Assembly (NCBI RefSeq): GCF_963921235.1
Contig: NC_086097.1
Span: 128,528,001-128,592,000 of the forward strand
DNA from: Mobula hypostoma
Lineage: Eukaryota
Direction of reading: 5' to 3'
Length of the DNA stretch: 64,000 nt
Part shown: piece after piece, positions 53,254 through 64,000 of the stretch
Layout of the letters: the number at the start of each line of letters is the position of its first letter
Position numbering within the stretch: the first letter of the stretch is position 1
The notes under the pieces: model-generated
Databases searched by the model: none
The model's input: only the letters and a program-made list of their open reading frames with translations
What the model was told of the DNA's origin: nothing
Made by a program: the position numbers and the translations under genes

Positions 53254-53414
53254 GCAACACACAGAAAATGCTGGCCAGGCAGCACCTTTGGAAAAAGTAA
53301 ACAGTCAACCCTTCGAGCCCAGCTCCCCTCGTAGCTGATGCTGGACGTACTGAGTTCCGCCAGCATTTTGTATTTTACTCAAGCTTTCCAGCATATGTAG
53401 AATATCTTGTGTTT
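53254..53414. mobile_element. Old palindromic mini-PLE; another PLE terminus with decayed hammerhead at ~53450-53570
   Basis: AAAATGCTGG / CCAGCATTTT arms around an eroded antisense hammerhead. Confidence 0.65.
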
Positions 53415-54469
53415 AGTGTCCTGTCCAATGTTCCTTCCTCAAACAACATCCAGTCCAGATGAAAGGCCTTGACCCGAAACGATTGTCCATTTCCTTGCTA
53501 CCTGACCCACTGAGATCTTCCAGCATTTTGTTTTTACTCCAGATTCCAGTATCTTCATTCTTTTGCGTCTCCACCAAAAATACATTAACCTGCCAATTAT
53601 CCTTAGGACATTTTCTTCGCCTAGGTCTTGTGAAAACAGTTATTGACTTCAAAATTATTACTGTGATTTAGCACTCATTTATTTGATGTTAAGATGATTT
53701 TGAGACACCCTGATCAAATTATGTCAATGCCTTAAAATTGACATCAATTCAATATATATGACACTTAATATGTTGTAAAGAAGTTGATGCATTTGTCTCT
53801 TGATGTGAAGTCCTGTTATGATACAATTAACTCTATATAGAGGTAAAATAGCATAGTAACTGAGCTAATCTCCATGATAGAAGTTCCGTGATGCCCAACT
53901 GCAGAGGAAGAGACACGACAAAGAATGAACAGTTCACTGAGCTTTAAGAAGAACTGTTCAGAACAAAGGAAATTACTAATTGCTAGGCCAACAGGGCCGC
54001 TAACGAAAAGCTCTCAAACTTACTAAAACCTAACGCCGTTATTCTGGCTCAAAAGCAGTAACCTAGAGCTAAATTAATACTGCTCCTATAACAGAATCTA
54101 TCTGAATCATTAATCTTCTTTCCCAGAACATGGAGCATTGCCGTTGCTGTGTTTTGAACAAGACAGAAGAAAAAGGATGAGAGTTAAATACAATTACAAT
54201 AAAACCCTAATTGACTGGAATGTGTGCATTCTCATATGCATGATTTCATCTTCCAGCTGCCCGCCTGTTAGAGAGCCCAGACTGTGTGCCAGAGTCCGTG
54301 GTTGTGACACCCCACCAGTTTACTTCTCAGGATCTATAACCAACCAAGACAATACGTTTCCTGTCTCACCACTAAGATCAATTGGCCTCATGTTGATGAT
54401 GGTAGACACAGAGAGGTCTCAGAACTTGCTTCCTTCTCCTTTATCACTACTAGTACTAGTTTTACTTAG

Positions 54470-56045
54470 AGCGGCAGAGGGATGGGGACCTAAGGAAGAG
54501 AACCAAGAAAACAGAATACGGCATGCTAATGTGCTGGGACATTTTGAGATTAAGGAGCAGATAGTGCTGTGTTTTCCAGAAAGCATGAAGGTGAATAAGT
54601 CCCCAGTGCCTGATGGCAGATATCACAAAATATTGAAAGAAGCAAGTAAGAGCATTGCTGAGACTTTCACAAGGATATTTGTGTCCTTATTAACAAACAG
54701 GGAAGGTACCAGAGGACTGGGGATTTGCAAATGTGTCTTTGTTCAAAAAAGGAAATAGAAATTATCCAGGAAATTATAGACTGAGGAGCCTCAAGTCATT
54801 GGTAGCAAGGCATTTCAAGAAAATGATGAGGGAAGGATTTACATGCATTTTGAAAGACATGGCCTGCTTAGGCACATGCAGCATGGCTTTGTATTGAACA
54901 GGGCATGCGTTAAAACCTGATTGAATTTTCTGAGGAGATGACAAAGTTGCTCGATGAGGGTAGGGAGGTGGACATTATCTACATGGACTTCAGCAAGGCA
55001 TTTGACCTTCATGGTAGGTTGATTCAGAAGATAAAGTTGCATGGGATCCAGGTTAAATTGCAAGTTTAGATTCAGAACTGGCTTGCCCATTGAAGTCAAA
55101 GAGTAGGGGTAGAAGGTTGTTATTCTGACTAGAAGCCCATGACTAGTGTTGGGACCATTGCTTGTGATACATATCAATGACCTGTATGAAAATGTGGTTG
55201 GGTAGATAACCAGGTTTGCATATGACACCAAGATTGGTGGAGTTATGGACAGTATAAAGGACTACCAAAGAATACAATGGAATATAGATCACTTGTTGAT
55301 ATAGGCAGAGAAATGACAGATGGAGTTTAATCTGGACAAGTGTGAGGTGTTTCACTTTGGGAGGTCAATTATGAGGATAAAATTTGCAGTTAATAATTGG
55401 CTCCTTAGTAGCATTGAGCTATGGAGGGATCTTAGGGTCTAACTGGATAAGGATGTGAAAAAGACATATGGAATGCTTAAATTTATTGGTAGGGGTTTTG
55501 AGTATAAGAGGAAGAAAGTAACGTTGCAGCTATATAAAACTTCATTCAAATTACACTTGGAGCATTGCTTGCAGTTCTGGTTGCTCCCTTATAGGAAGGA
55601 TGTGGAGATTGTGGAAAAGGTACGAACGAGGTTTATCAGGATGCTGCTTGGATTAGAAAGTTTGAGCTATAAGGAAAGGTTGGACAAACTTGGGTTGTTC
55701 TCTTAAATAGTCAAAGGAAGAAGGGAGATCTCATAAAGGTCATATGAAAGGCATAGAAAGGGTAGACACAAGGACATGCTTTTAAGGTTGGAGGAAGTTT
55801 AAAGGAAGTTTAAAGAATGTTGAGGGGAAGTGTTTTTACACCGTGTCTGGTAGGTGTCTAGAATGGGTTAGCAGGGGTAATAGTGAAACTGGGCATTTTG
55901 GTGGAACTTAAGAGGTGCTTAGATAGACCTATGAATTTGAAGAGAATAGAGGGATATGCATGCTACACAGGAGGAGGACAAGTACAAATCAGCACAACAT
56001 CGTGGGCCAAGTGTCCTGTCCAGTAATACACTGTTCTGTGTTCTG
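54470..56045 (+). mobile_element. Decayed CR1 ORF2 3' half
   Basis: MKVNKSPVPDG; ATGGACTTCAGCAAGGCATTTGAC; LQLYKTSFKLHLEHCLQFW. Confidence 0.85.
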
Positions 56046-56389
56046 TTACAGATGAAGTAGACCTATAATCAGGGAGCAATGGCCAACTGTTTGTAAAGCT
56101 ATCAAGTAGCACTATACTCTACTAATTCTTCACTGGGTGTGAGCATTGCTATTGTCATTTAACATGGTGGCACTGGGTGGTCTGGATAATTTCTGGCCTT
56201 GACTAATTAATCTGGTGGAGAAAATAAATGATTATGGTGAAAGAAAAACAGAGTTTCTGGAAAAACTTATCAGGCCAGGTAGCATGTGTGGAAAGAGAAT
56301 CAGTCAATGTTCAAGAGAGAAAATAAGTTGGTTTCATTAACCATAAAGATAGGGGGCAGGGTGTAATGGGTGAAACAAAAGAATGCATT

Positions 56390-57900
56390 GGATTGGCATT
56401 CAGTATGAAGTAGTAATTTGGATAGACATTGCCTTCACGGGAAAAGCCAGAAAATGGTAGTAGATAGTTGCATCTTTGAATGGAGGCCTATGACTGGTGC
56501 TGTGCTGCAGGGATGGGTGCTTGGTCTGTTGTCATCGATATCAAAGAATGATAATTGGATTAACAATTTCGAGAATGACAGCAAGATGCAGGGTGTAGTG
56601 GAAGGCTATCAAGGCTTATAGCAGGACCTGAAACAGTTGAAAAAATGGGCTAAAAATGGCAGAAGGAATTAAGTGCGAGGAGTTGCATTTTTGGTGGATG
56701 AACCAGCGTAGGACTTACACAGTGAACAATAAGTCACTGAGGAATGTGGTAGAACACAGGGATCTGGGAATACAGATCCATAATTCTTTGAAAGTGGCAC
56801 CACAGGTAGATAGGGTAACAAGAGTTTTTGGCACATTGGCCTTCATAAATCGAAGTATTGAGTACAGTAGCTGGGATGGTTTTTTTTTGAAGTTGTAGAA
56901 GACATAGATGGGGCCACATTTCAAAGTTTAAAGTAAATTTAGTACATATATGTCACCATATACAACCCTGAGATTCATTTTCCTGCGGGCATACTCAGCA
57001 AATCCATAGAATAGTAACTGTAACAGAATCAGTGTGAAAGATCAACCAGAGCACAGACAACAACAAACTGTGCAAATGCAAATATAAAAAAATTGCAGTA
57101 AATAATGAGAACATGAGATAATGAGCTAAACAAGTTCTAAGGCTCTTGTACCATCAACCTGATGGCAGCAGCGAGAAGAAAGCATGACATAGGTGATGGG
57201 GATCTCTGATGATGAATGCTGCTCAATGGTTGGGAGGGCATTACCACACACTGCTGAAATGATAATTTAAAGATCTCAGTGACCACACCAGTCAGCTGGT
57301 CAGCACTGGTCTTGAGTCTGGTCCAGGTGCTTTACGTGGGTTCACCCTCCTGAAGGCTGCCCTGCACATCAGCTTTAAAGACTGAGATGACACAATCATT
57401 GGAGGGTGTGAGGGTTCACGATGGTTCCTCCTTGTTCTGATGGTCAAAGTGAGCAGGGAAGGCTTTGAGCTCATCTGGAAGCAAAGCCTTGCTGTCTCAC
57501 ATGTTGCTTGATTTAACTTTGTAGGAGGTGATAGTTTGAAGCCTTGCCACAGCTGTCGAGCATCCCTCATTGATTTGTTTGGTCCAGAATTTCCACTTCG
57601 CCTGTGAGATAGTTTTCCAGAGACCATACCTGCTCCTCTTGTAGCTTTCTTGGTCTCCAGACTTGAATGCCTCTGATCTGGCCCTGAGCATATTTCAGAT
57701 CTCATGCTTTATCCAGGACTTCTGATTGGGGAAAGACTCTGAGTGATTTAGTGGGCACACACTCATCAACAGTTGTTTTTAATAAAGTTCATTAAAGCCA
57801 TAGTGTATTCATTCAGGTTCATATTTTGAGCTTTGTGTGCTGTTCTGGTCATCCACCTACAGGAAAGATATCAATAAGATTGAAAGAGAACATTGAAAAT
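56390..57900 (+). mobile_element. Decayed CR1 fragment interrupted by a minus-strand Rex1-like fragment (~56920-57810)
   Basis: HRDLGIQIHNSLKVA; CR1 resumes at GAGCTTTGTGTGCTGTTCTGGTCA; insert encodes AAFRRVNPRKAPGPD on the minus strand. Confidence 0.75.
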
Positions 57901-57904
57901 TTAT

Positions 57905-60493
57905 AAACGCAGAAGCCTTAGACCCCCACTCCCAACTATCCTGATGGTGAATGAAGTCTCTGGAAAATAAAATTGAAGACCTCAGAGCAAGATTGCTGTA
58001 CCAGAGGGACATTAAAGACTGTTATGTACTCTGTTTTACAGAAATATGGCTCACACCAGTGATCTCAGATGCAGCGTTGCGGCCTACCCAATGGCTTCAC
58101 CATTCTCTGCAAAGGCAGGACAGCTCAGCCTTTTATGATTAAATGATGGCACACAAATGTGGCAATTCGGTCTCAGTCCTGCTCTCCTGACCTGGAACAT
58201 CAAGCGATCAAATTATGCCCATTTTATCTGCTGAAGGAGCTTTCCACCATCATCCTGGTAGCAGTGTACATTCCACCTCAGGCCAACGTTGGGCAGACTC
58301 TGGTGAAGTTGAGCAACATAATCAGCATGAAACCGCGCCGTCTGTTGATTTCCCTATCACCGTGGGAGATTTCAACCAGGCCAGCTCGAAGAGGTCTCTG
58401 ATCAATGACCACCAACATATCATCTGTGGAACTGGAGGAGTCAACACACTTGAACATGATTATACCACCATAAAAAACGCTTACCATGCCATTACACACC
58501 CCACTTGGGGAAGTCAGAGCACCTTGCTGTACGTCTACTGACAGCATACAGGCATAGACTGAAATTGACAGCACCAGTGGTGAGGACTGAGAAGGTATGG
58601 TTAAGGGAGGCAGTGGAATGATTACAGAACTGCTTTGAGTTGGTGGGATGGACAATATTTAAGGATTCATCTTCGAATCTGAAAAGCACGCCACAGTTAT
58701 CACCAACTTCGTCAGGGCCTGTGTGGATGAGTGTGTGCCTTTGAGAACATATCGATATACTCAAACCAAAAGCCATGGGTGAATCAGGAGATTCATAATC
58801 TGCTGAGGGCTAGATCTGTGGCATTCAAGACTGGTGATCCTTAATTATTCAGGAAGTCCAGCTATGATCTACAGACGGCTATTTTAAAGGTGATAAAACA
58901 ATTCCGACTGAGATTAGAGATGGAATTGGATGCATGTCAGCTCTGGTAGGATTTGCAAACCATTTCTTCCTACAGATCGAAACCTAACATCATGAATGAC
59001 TGTGATGCTTCACTCCTAGATGAGCTCAATGCCTCTTATGTACACTTTGTCAGGGAGAAAAAAACTACACCTGTGCGAATCCCTGCAGCATCTGATGACC
59101 CAGTGGTCCCTGTCTCAGAGGCTGACGTCAGACACCTTTCAAGAGGGTCAGGCCTTGATGTTGTACCTGGTAGGGCTCTGAAAATCTGTGCCAACCAACG
59201 GGTGGGAGTGTTCAAGGACATCTTCAATCTCTCACTGCTGCAACTGAAGCATCTGCTTCAAAAGGGTGACAATCATACCATTGCCCGAGAAGAGAAAGGT
59301 GAACTGCCTCAACGACTATTGCCTGGTGGTACTCACATCTTCTGTGATGAAGTATTTGAGAGGTTGGTCATGCTCAAATCAATTTCTGCCTAAGCAAGCA
59401 CCTGGACCTGCTGCAAATGGTCTATTACTACAATAGGTCCACAGCGGATGCAATCTCACTGGCTCTCCATTAGACCTTGAATCACCTGGAGAGTAGCAAT
59501 ACCCATGTCAGGCTGCTGTTTATTGGCCACAGTTCAGTTTTCAAGACAATCATCCACTCAGTTCTAATCAACAAGCTCCAAAGCCCGGGCCTCTGTAACT
59601 CCCTCTGAAACCAGATCCTCGACTCCTCACCAGCAGACCACGGACTGTGCGGATCAGAAATAACATCTCCTCCTTGCTGACAATCAACACTGGCACACCT
59701 CAAGGATGCGTGCTCCATCCACTGTTCTAGTCTCTCTACATCCATGATTGTGTGGCTACAGCTCAAACACTATCTATAAATTTGCTGATGGCAAAGCTAT
59801 TATTGGCAGAATTTCAGAGGGTGATGAGGCGTTCAGGCATGTGATAAATCAGCTGGATCCTCGCCAAGGATCAGAAGTGGAAAGAGTGAGCAGTTTCAAG
59901 TTCCTGGGTGTCTACATCTCTGAAGGTCTATCCTAGGCCCAACATACAGATGCAATTACAAAGAAAGCACGACAGTGGCTGTACTTCATGAAGAGTCTGA
60001 GGAGATTTGGTATGTCAACAAAGACATTCACAAGTTTTGATAGATGTACCATAGACAGCATTCTGACCGGTTGCATCACAGTCTGCAGGGGATACCACAC
60101 AGGTAGCAAACTCAGTCAGCTCCATCATGGGCACTAGCCTCCCCAGCATTCAGGACACCTTCAAAAGGCAACACCTTGGAAAGCCTGTTCCCATCCAGGA
60201 CATCCCCTCGTCTCATTGCTGCCATCAAGGAGGAGGTACAGATGCCCGAAGACACACACTCCACATTTCAGAAACACCTTCTTCCCCTCTAACAACAGAA
60301 TTTAGAATGGACAATGAACCCATGAACACTACATCACTATTTTTTCCTTCTCTTCCTGTACTATTTCTATATATATATACTTTCTAATATATAATTTATA
60401 GCTCTTATTATTATGTATTTGCAATGTACCCCGCCGCAAAACAGCAAATTTCATGACATATGCCAGTGATATTAAACTTGATTCTGATTCTGA
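57905..60493 (+). mobile_element. Rex1/Babar-like LINE, most of APE-RT but decayed
   Basis: SLENKIEDLRARL..LCFTEIWL, AVYIPPQA, GDFNQA, IYKFADG, SSFKFLGV; (GATTCT)n tail. Confidence 0.88.
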
Positions 60494-60534
60494 ACTTGAG
60501 TCATAGGTCGGGGGTGGCACAGTTGTGTAGTAGT

Positions 60535-63398
60535 GGCGAGCAGGAAGGAGCTGAAGAAAGAAATTAGGAGAGCCTGAAGGGGCCATGAGAAAGCCTTGGC
60601 GGACAGGATTAAGGAAAATCCCAAGGCGTTCTACAAATGAGTGAAGAGCAAGAGGATAGGATGCAAGAGAAGAGGACCAATCAAGTGTGACAGTGAAAAA
60701 GTGTGTATGGAACTGGAGGAGATAGCAGAGGTACTTAATGAACACTTTGCTTCAGTATTCACTACAGAAAAGGATCTTGGCGATTGTAGGGATGACTTAC
60801 AGCGGACAGAAAAGCTTGAGCATGTAGATTTTGTCACGAACCCTGTGACAGGAATAAAGAACCAGCAGAGATGGAAAACACTTTGGAGTCCAGTAAAGCG
60901 ATAAACTAATAATATCTATTAGTAACTATGCAATACAGTAATATAAATGTAGATAAATCAAACAGGTTAGCAATGATTATATATATAAGTAAGTATATCA
61001 GTAAGTTTGGAAATATATGTATGAAAAACCAAGCTTCTTTAAGTCTGGGGTAAAAAGATACAGTCTTACGATGATGAGTAAAGTTCAGTTCAGTTCGTGG
61101 TATTGAGTTGAGTAGTGATGGAGAGAGAGAGAGGGAGAGATTTGAGTCTTCAGGTGAGCTGACACCATTGATCTTCTCGTTGTCCTTCACACTTCTTTAA
61201 AAGTCACCGACTGTGACTTTAACGAAGGGGACTGATTTTCTGTGGTGGAGCTATCCCCCAGGCGAGGGTGGACTCCCCACCAGTCAACCCTTTTCCTCTT
61301 TCCACTGCAAGAGCGATGGATCGATCCACCTGATCAATCCTCCAAAACCCATTTTTCCTGCGGGCACAACAAAGCTCATTCAGTGTCCAGACATGTGTCT
61401 GAGGTCTGTATCATCTGATCTCCTATTCATCTCACCATACTGGGTACCACTGTCATTCAAATAACTCTTCCTTCCTCTCTCTGTGAAGAAATACAAGCAG
61501 GCAAAAATCCTTGAAGAAAGTGTCAACAACCTGCTGAAAATCATAACATCGAGTGTCCATTAAATAACACCGACTTTGGTCACCATAGCAACTTACAAGC
61601 TGCTCGGTGTTGTCTCCAACTCCAACTCAATAGAAATCCAAAGTTACTTCCATTGCCTTAAAGTGACAGTCCAACCGTCAGTCTTCGTCTCTCTCTCTCT
61701 CTCTTTTACAAACAAGCTGGTGTTAAATAACTCTCTCTCTCTCTCTCTCTTTTCAAAACAACAGTTCATAGGGGTACTTCAGGATCCCGTCACAATATTA
61801 AGAAAGAGGGTGTGCTGGAGCTTTTGGAAAGCATCAAGTTGGATGAGTCACCGGGTCTGGATGAGATGTATCCCAGGTGACTGTGGGAAGTGAGGGAGGA
61901 GATTGCCGAGCCTAAGGTGATGATCTTTGCATCATCAATGGGGACCGGAGAGATTCCAGAGGATTGGAGGATTGTGGATGTTGTTCCCTTATTCAAGAAA
62001 GGGAGTAGAAAATTATAGACCAGTGAGTCTTACTTCAGTCGTTGGTAAATTGATGGAGAAGATCTTGAGAGGCAGGATTTATGAACATTTGGAGAGGCAT
62101 AATATGATTAGGAATAGTCAGCATGGCTTTGTCAAAGGCAGGTCATGCCTTACGAGTCTGATTGAATTTTTTGAGGATGTGACTAAACACATTGATGAAG
62201 GTAGAGCAGTAGATGTAGGGTATATGGATTTCAGCAAGGCATTTGACAAGGTACCCCATGCAAGGCTTATTGAGAAAGTAAGGAGGCATGGAATCCAAGG
62301 GAACATTGCTTTGTGGATCCAGAACTGGCTTGCCCACAGAAGGAAAAGAGTGGTGGTAGACGGGTCATATTCTGCATGGAGGTCGGTCACCAGTGCTGTG
62401 CCTCAGAGATCTGTTCTGGGACCCCTACTCCTTGTGATTTTTATAAATGACTTGGATGATGAAGTGGAGAGATGGGTTAGTAAACTTGCTGATGGGACAT
62501 AGGGTGGGGGTTTTTGTGGATAGTGTGAAGGACTGTCAGAGGTTACAGCGGGACATGAATAGGGTGCAAAACTGGGCTGAGAAGTGGCAGTTGGAGTTCA
62601 ATCCAGATAAGTGTGAGGTGGTTCATTTTGGTAGGTCAAATATGATGGCAGAATATAGTACTAATGGTAATATTCTTGGCAGTGTGGAGGATCAGAGGGA
62701 TCTTAGGGTCTGAGTCCATAGGACACTCAAAACTGCTGTGCAGGTTCATTCTGTGGTTAAGAAGGCATATGGTGCATTGGGCATCATCAAACGTGGGATT
62801 AAGTTTAGGAGCCGAGAGATAATGTTGGAGCTGTATAGGACCCTGGTCAGATCCCACTTTGAGTACTGTGTTCATTTCTGGTCGCCTCACTACAGGAAGG
62901 AAGTGGAAGCCATAGAAAGGGTGCAGAGGAGATTTTCAAGGATGTTGCCTGGATTGGGGAGCATGCCTTATGAGAATAGGTTGAGTGAACTTGGCCTTTT
63001 TACCTTGGAGCAACGGAGGATGAGAGGTGACCTGATAGAGGTGTATAAGATGATGAGAGGTATTGATCGTTTGGATAGTCAGAAGCTTTTTCCCAGGGCT
63101 GAAATGGCTAGCACAAGAGGGCACAGTTTTAAGGTGCTTGGAAGCAGGTACAGAGGAGATGTCAGGGGCAAGTTTTTTACGCAGAGAATGGTGAGTTAAT
63201 GGAACGGGCTGCTGGCAACGGTGGTGGAGGCAGATACGATAGGGTCTTTTAAGAGACTCCTGGACAGGTACATGGAGCTCAGAAAAATAGAGAGCTATAG
63301 GTAACCCTAGGTAACTTTTAAGGTAAGGACATGTTCGGCACAGCAGTGTGGGCCAAAGGGCTTGTATTGTGCTGTAGGTTTTCTATGTTCTCTATGTT
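60535..63398 (+). mobile_element. CR1 ORF2 3' two-thirds, interrupted by a solo LTR
   Basis: [51 protein letters not shown] tail. Confidence 0.92.
60832..61794 (-). mobile_element. 963-bp solo LTR (probably Gypsy; orientation tentative)
   Basis: TGTCACG...CGTCACA termini; flanks ATTT (60828-60831) / ATAT (61795-61798); removal restores CR1 EHVDIKKE. Confidence 0.85.
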
Positions 63399-63399
63399 G

Positions 63400-63632
63400 T
63401 AGTGGTCAGCACAATGCTTTACAGTACAGGTGACCGCGGTTCAATTCCTGCTACTGCCTGTAAGAAGTTTGTATGTTCTCCCCGTGACCACATGGGTTTC
63501 CTCCCACAGTCTAAAGACATACCAGCTAGTAGGTGCATTGGTCATTGTAAATTGTAGCATGATTAGACTAGGTTTAAATTGGAAGAATTGCTGGGCTGTG
63601 TAGCTCAAAGAGCCAGAAGGGCCTTCTCCGGG
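63400..63632 (+). mobile_element. tRNA-derived SINE
   Basis: GTAGTGGTCAGC A-box, GGTTCAATTCC B-box, shared core. Confidence 0.78.
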
Positions 63633-63887
63633 CTTTTGAGTTCTTACGTTGCCGAGCATGATGCCGTCTGGAGTTTAGCTTCGAGTACGGTCACCCCTAG
63701 TGAGCTTACATGGAATATTGTGAGCTGTTTTGGACCCACAGCACCTTCAGACCTTGTTTGGGCAAACCCTCCGACAAGAATATCCAGAGGATATAGAAAA
63801 ACGTTGTTGCTGCTTAAATCCACCATCGTCGACACCCGCAAAAATATCAAGATTAGTTTGATGATCATGACATGGTGATAGACTAAC

Positions 63888-64000
63888 TCAAAGTTCAAAG
63901 TTCAAAGTAAATTTATTACCGAAGTACATATATGTCACCATTTCCAACCCTGAGTTTCATTTTCTTGCGGGCATACACAGTAAATCCGAGAAACACAATA
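63888..64000 (-). mobile_element. Rex1-like 3' tail running off the window
   Basis: (TCAAAGT)n AAATTTATT, matching copies at ~21097, 27237 and 56920. Confidence 0.7.

Noticed and set aside
1..64000. CRISPR array or prokaryotic operon
   Set aside because: No regularly spaced repeats or dense gene packing; the content is vertebrate retroelements.

Overview
Eukaryotic, repeat-dense vertebrate DNA. The repeat mix suggests a cartilaginous fish such as a ray or shark (inference): CR1/HER1-type LINEs with matching tRNA-headed SINEs, Neptune-type Penelope-like elements (PLEs) and Rex1/Babar LINEs. I recognise no host protein-coding exon, RNA gene or CRISPR array; nearly all listed ORFs are transposon fragments or noise. 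Other elements: RTE pieces, a chromodomain Gypsy remnant, a solo LTR, a Harbinger deletion derivative and two tiny Tc1-like MITEs. Repeat-free islands resembling conserved non-coding enhancers suggest a gene desert or large intron. The most interesting signal is five PLE insertions of 114 bp to 4.5 kb built as inverted pairs with 3' ends facing outward. Four have 11-15 bp target-site duplications (TSDs), and all carry minimal hammerhead ribozyme motifs. All five follow one asymmetry rule, one inversion junction falls exactly at the predicted hammerhead cleavage site, and the arms of the largest differ by a subfamily-diagnostic indel. Boundaries without a TSD or terminal repeat are approximate, and family names come from motif recognition, not database searches.
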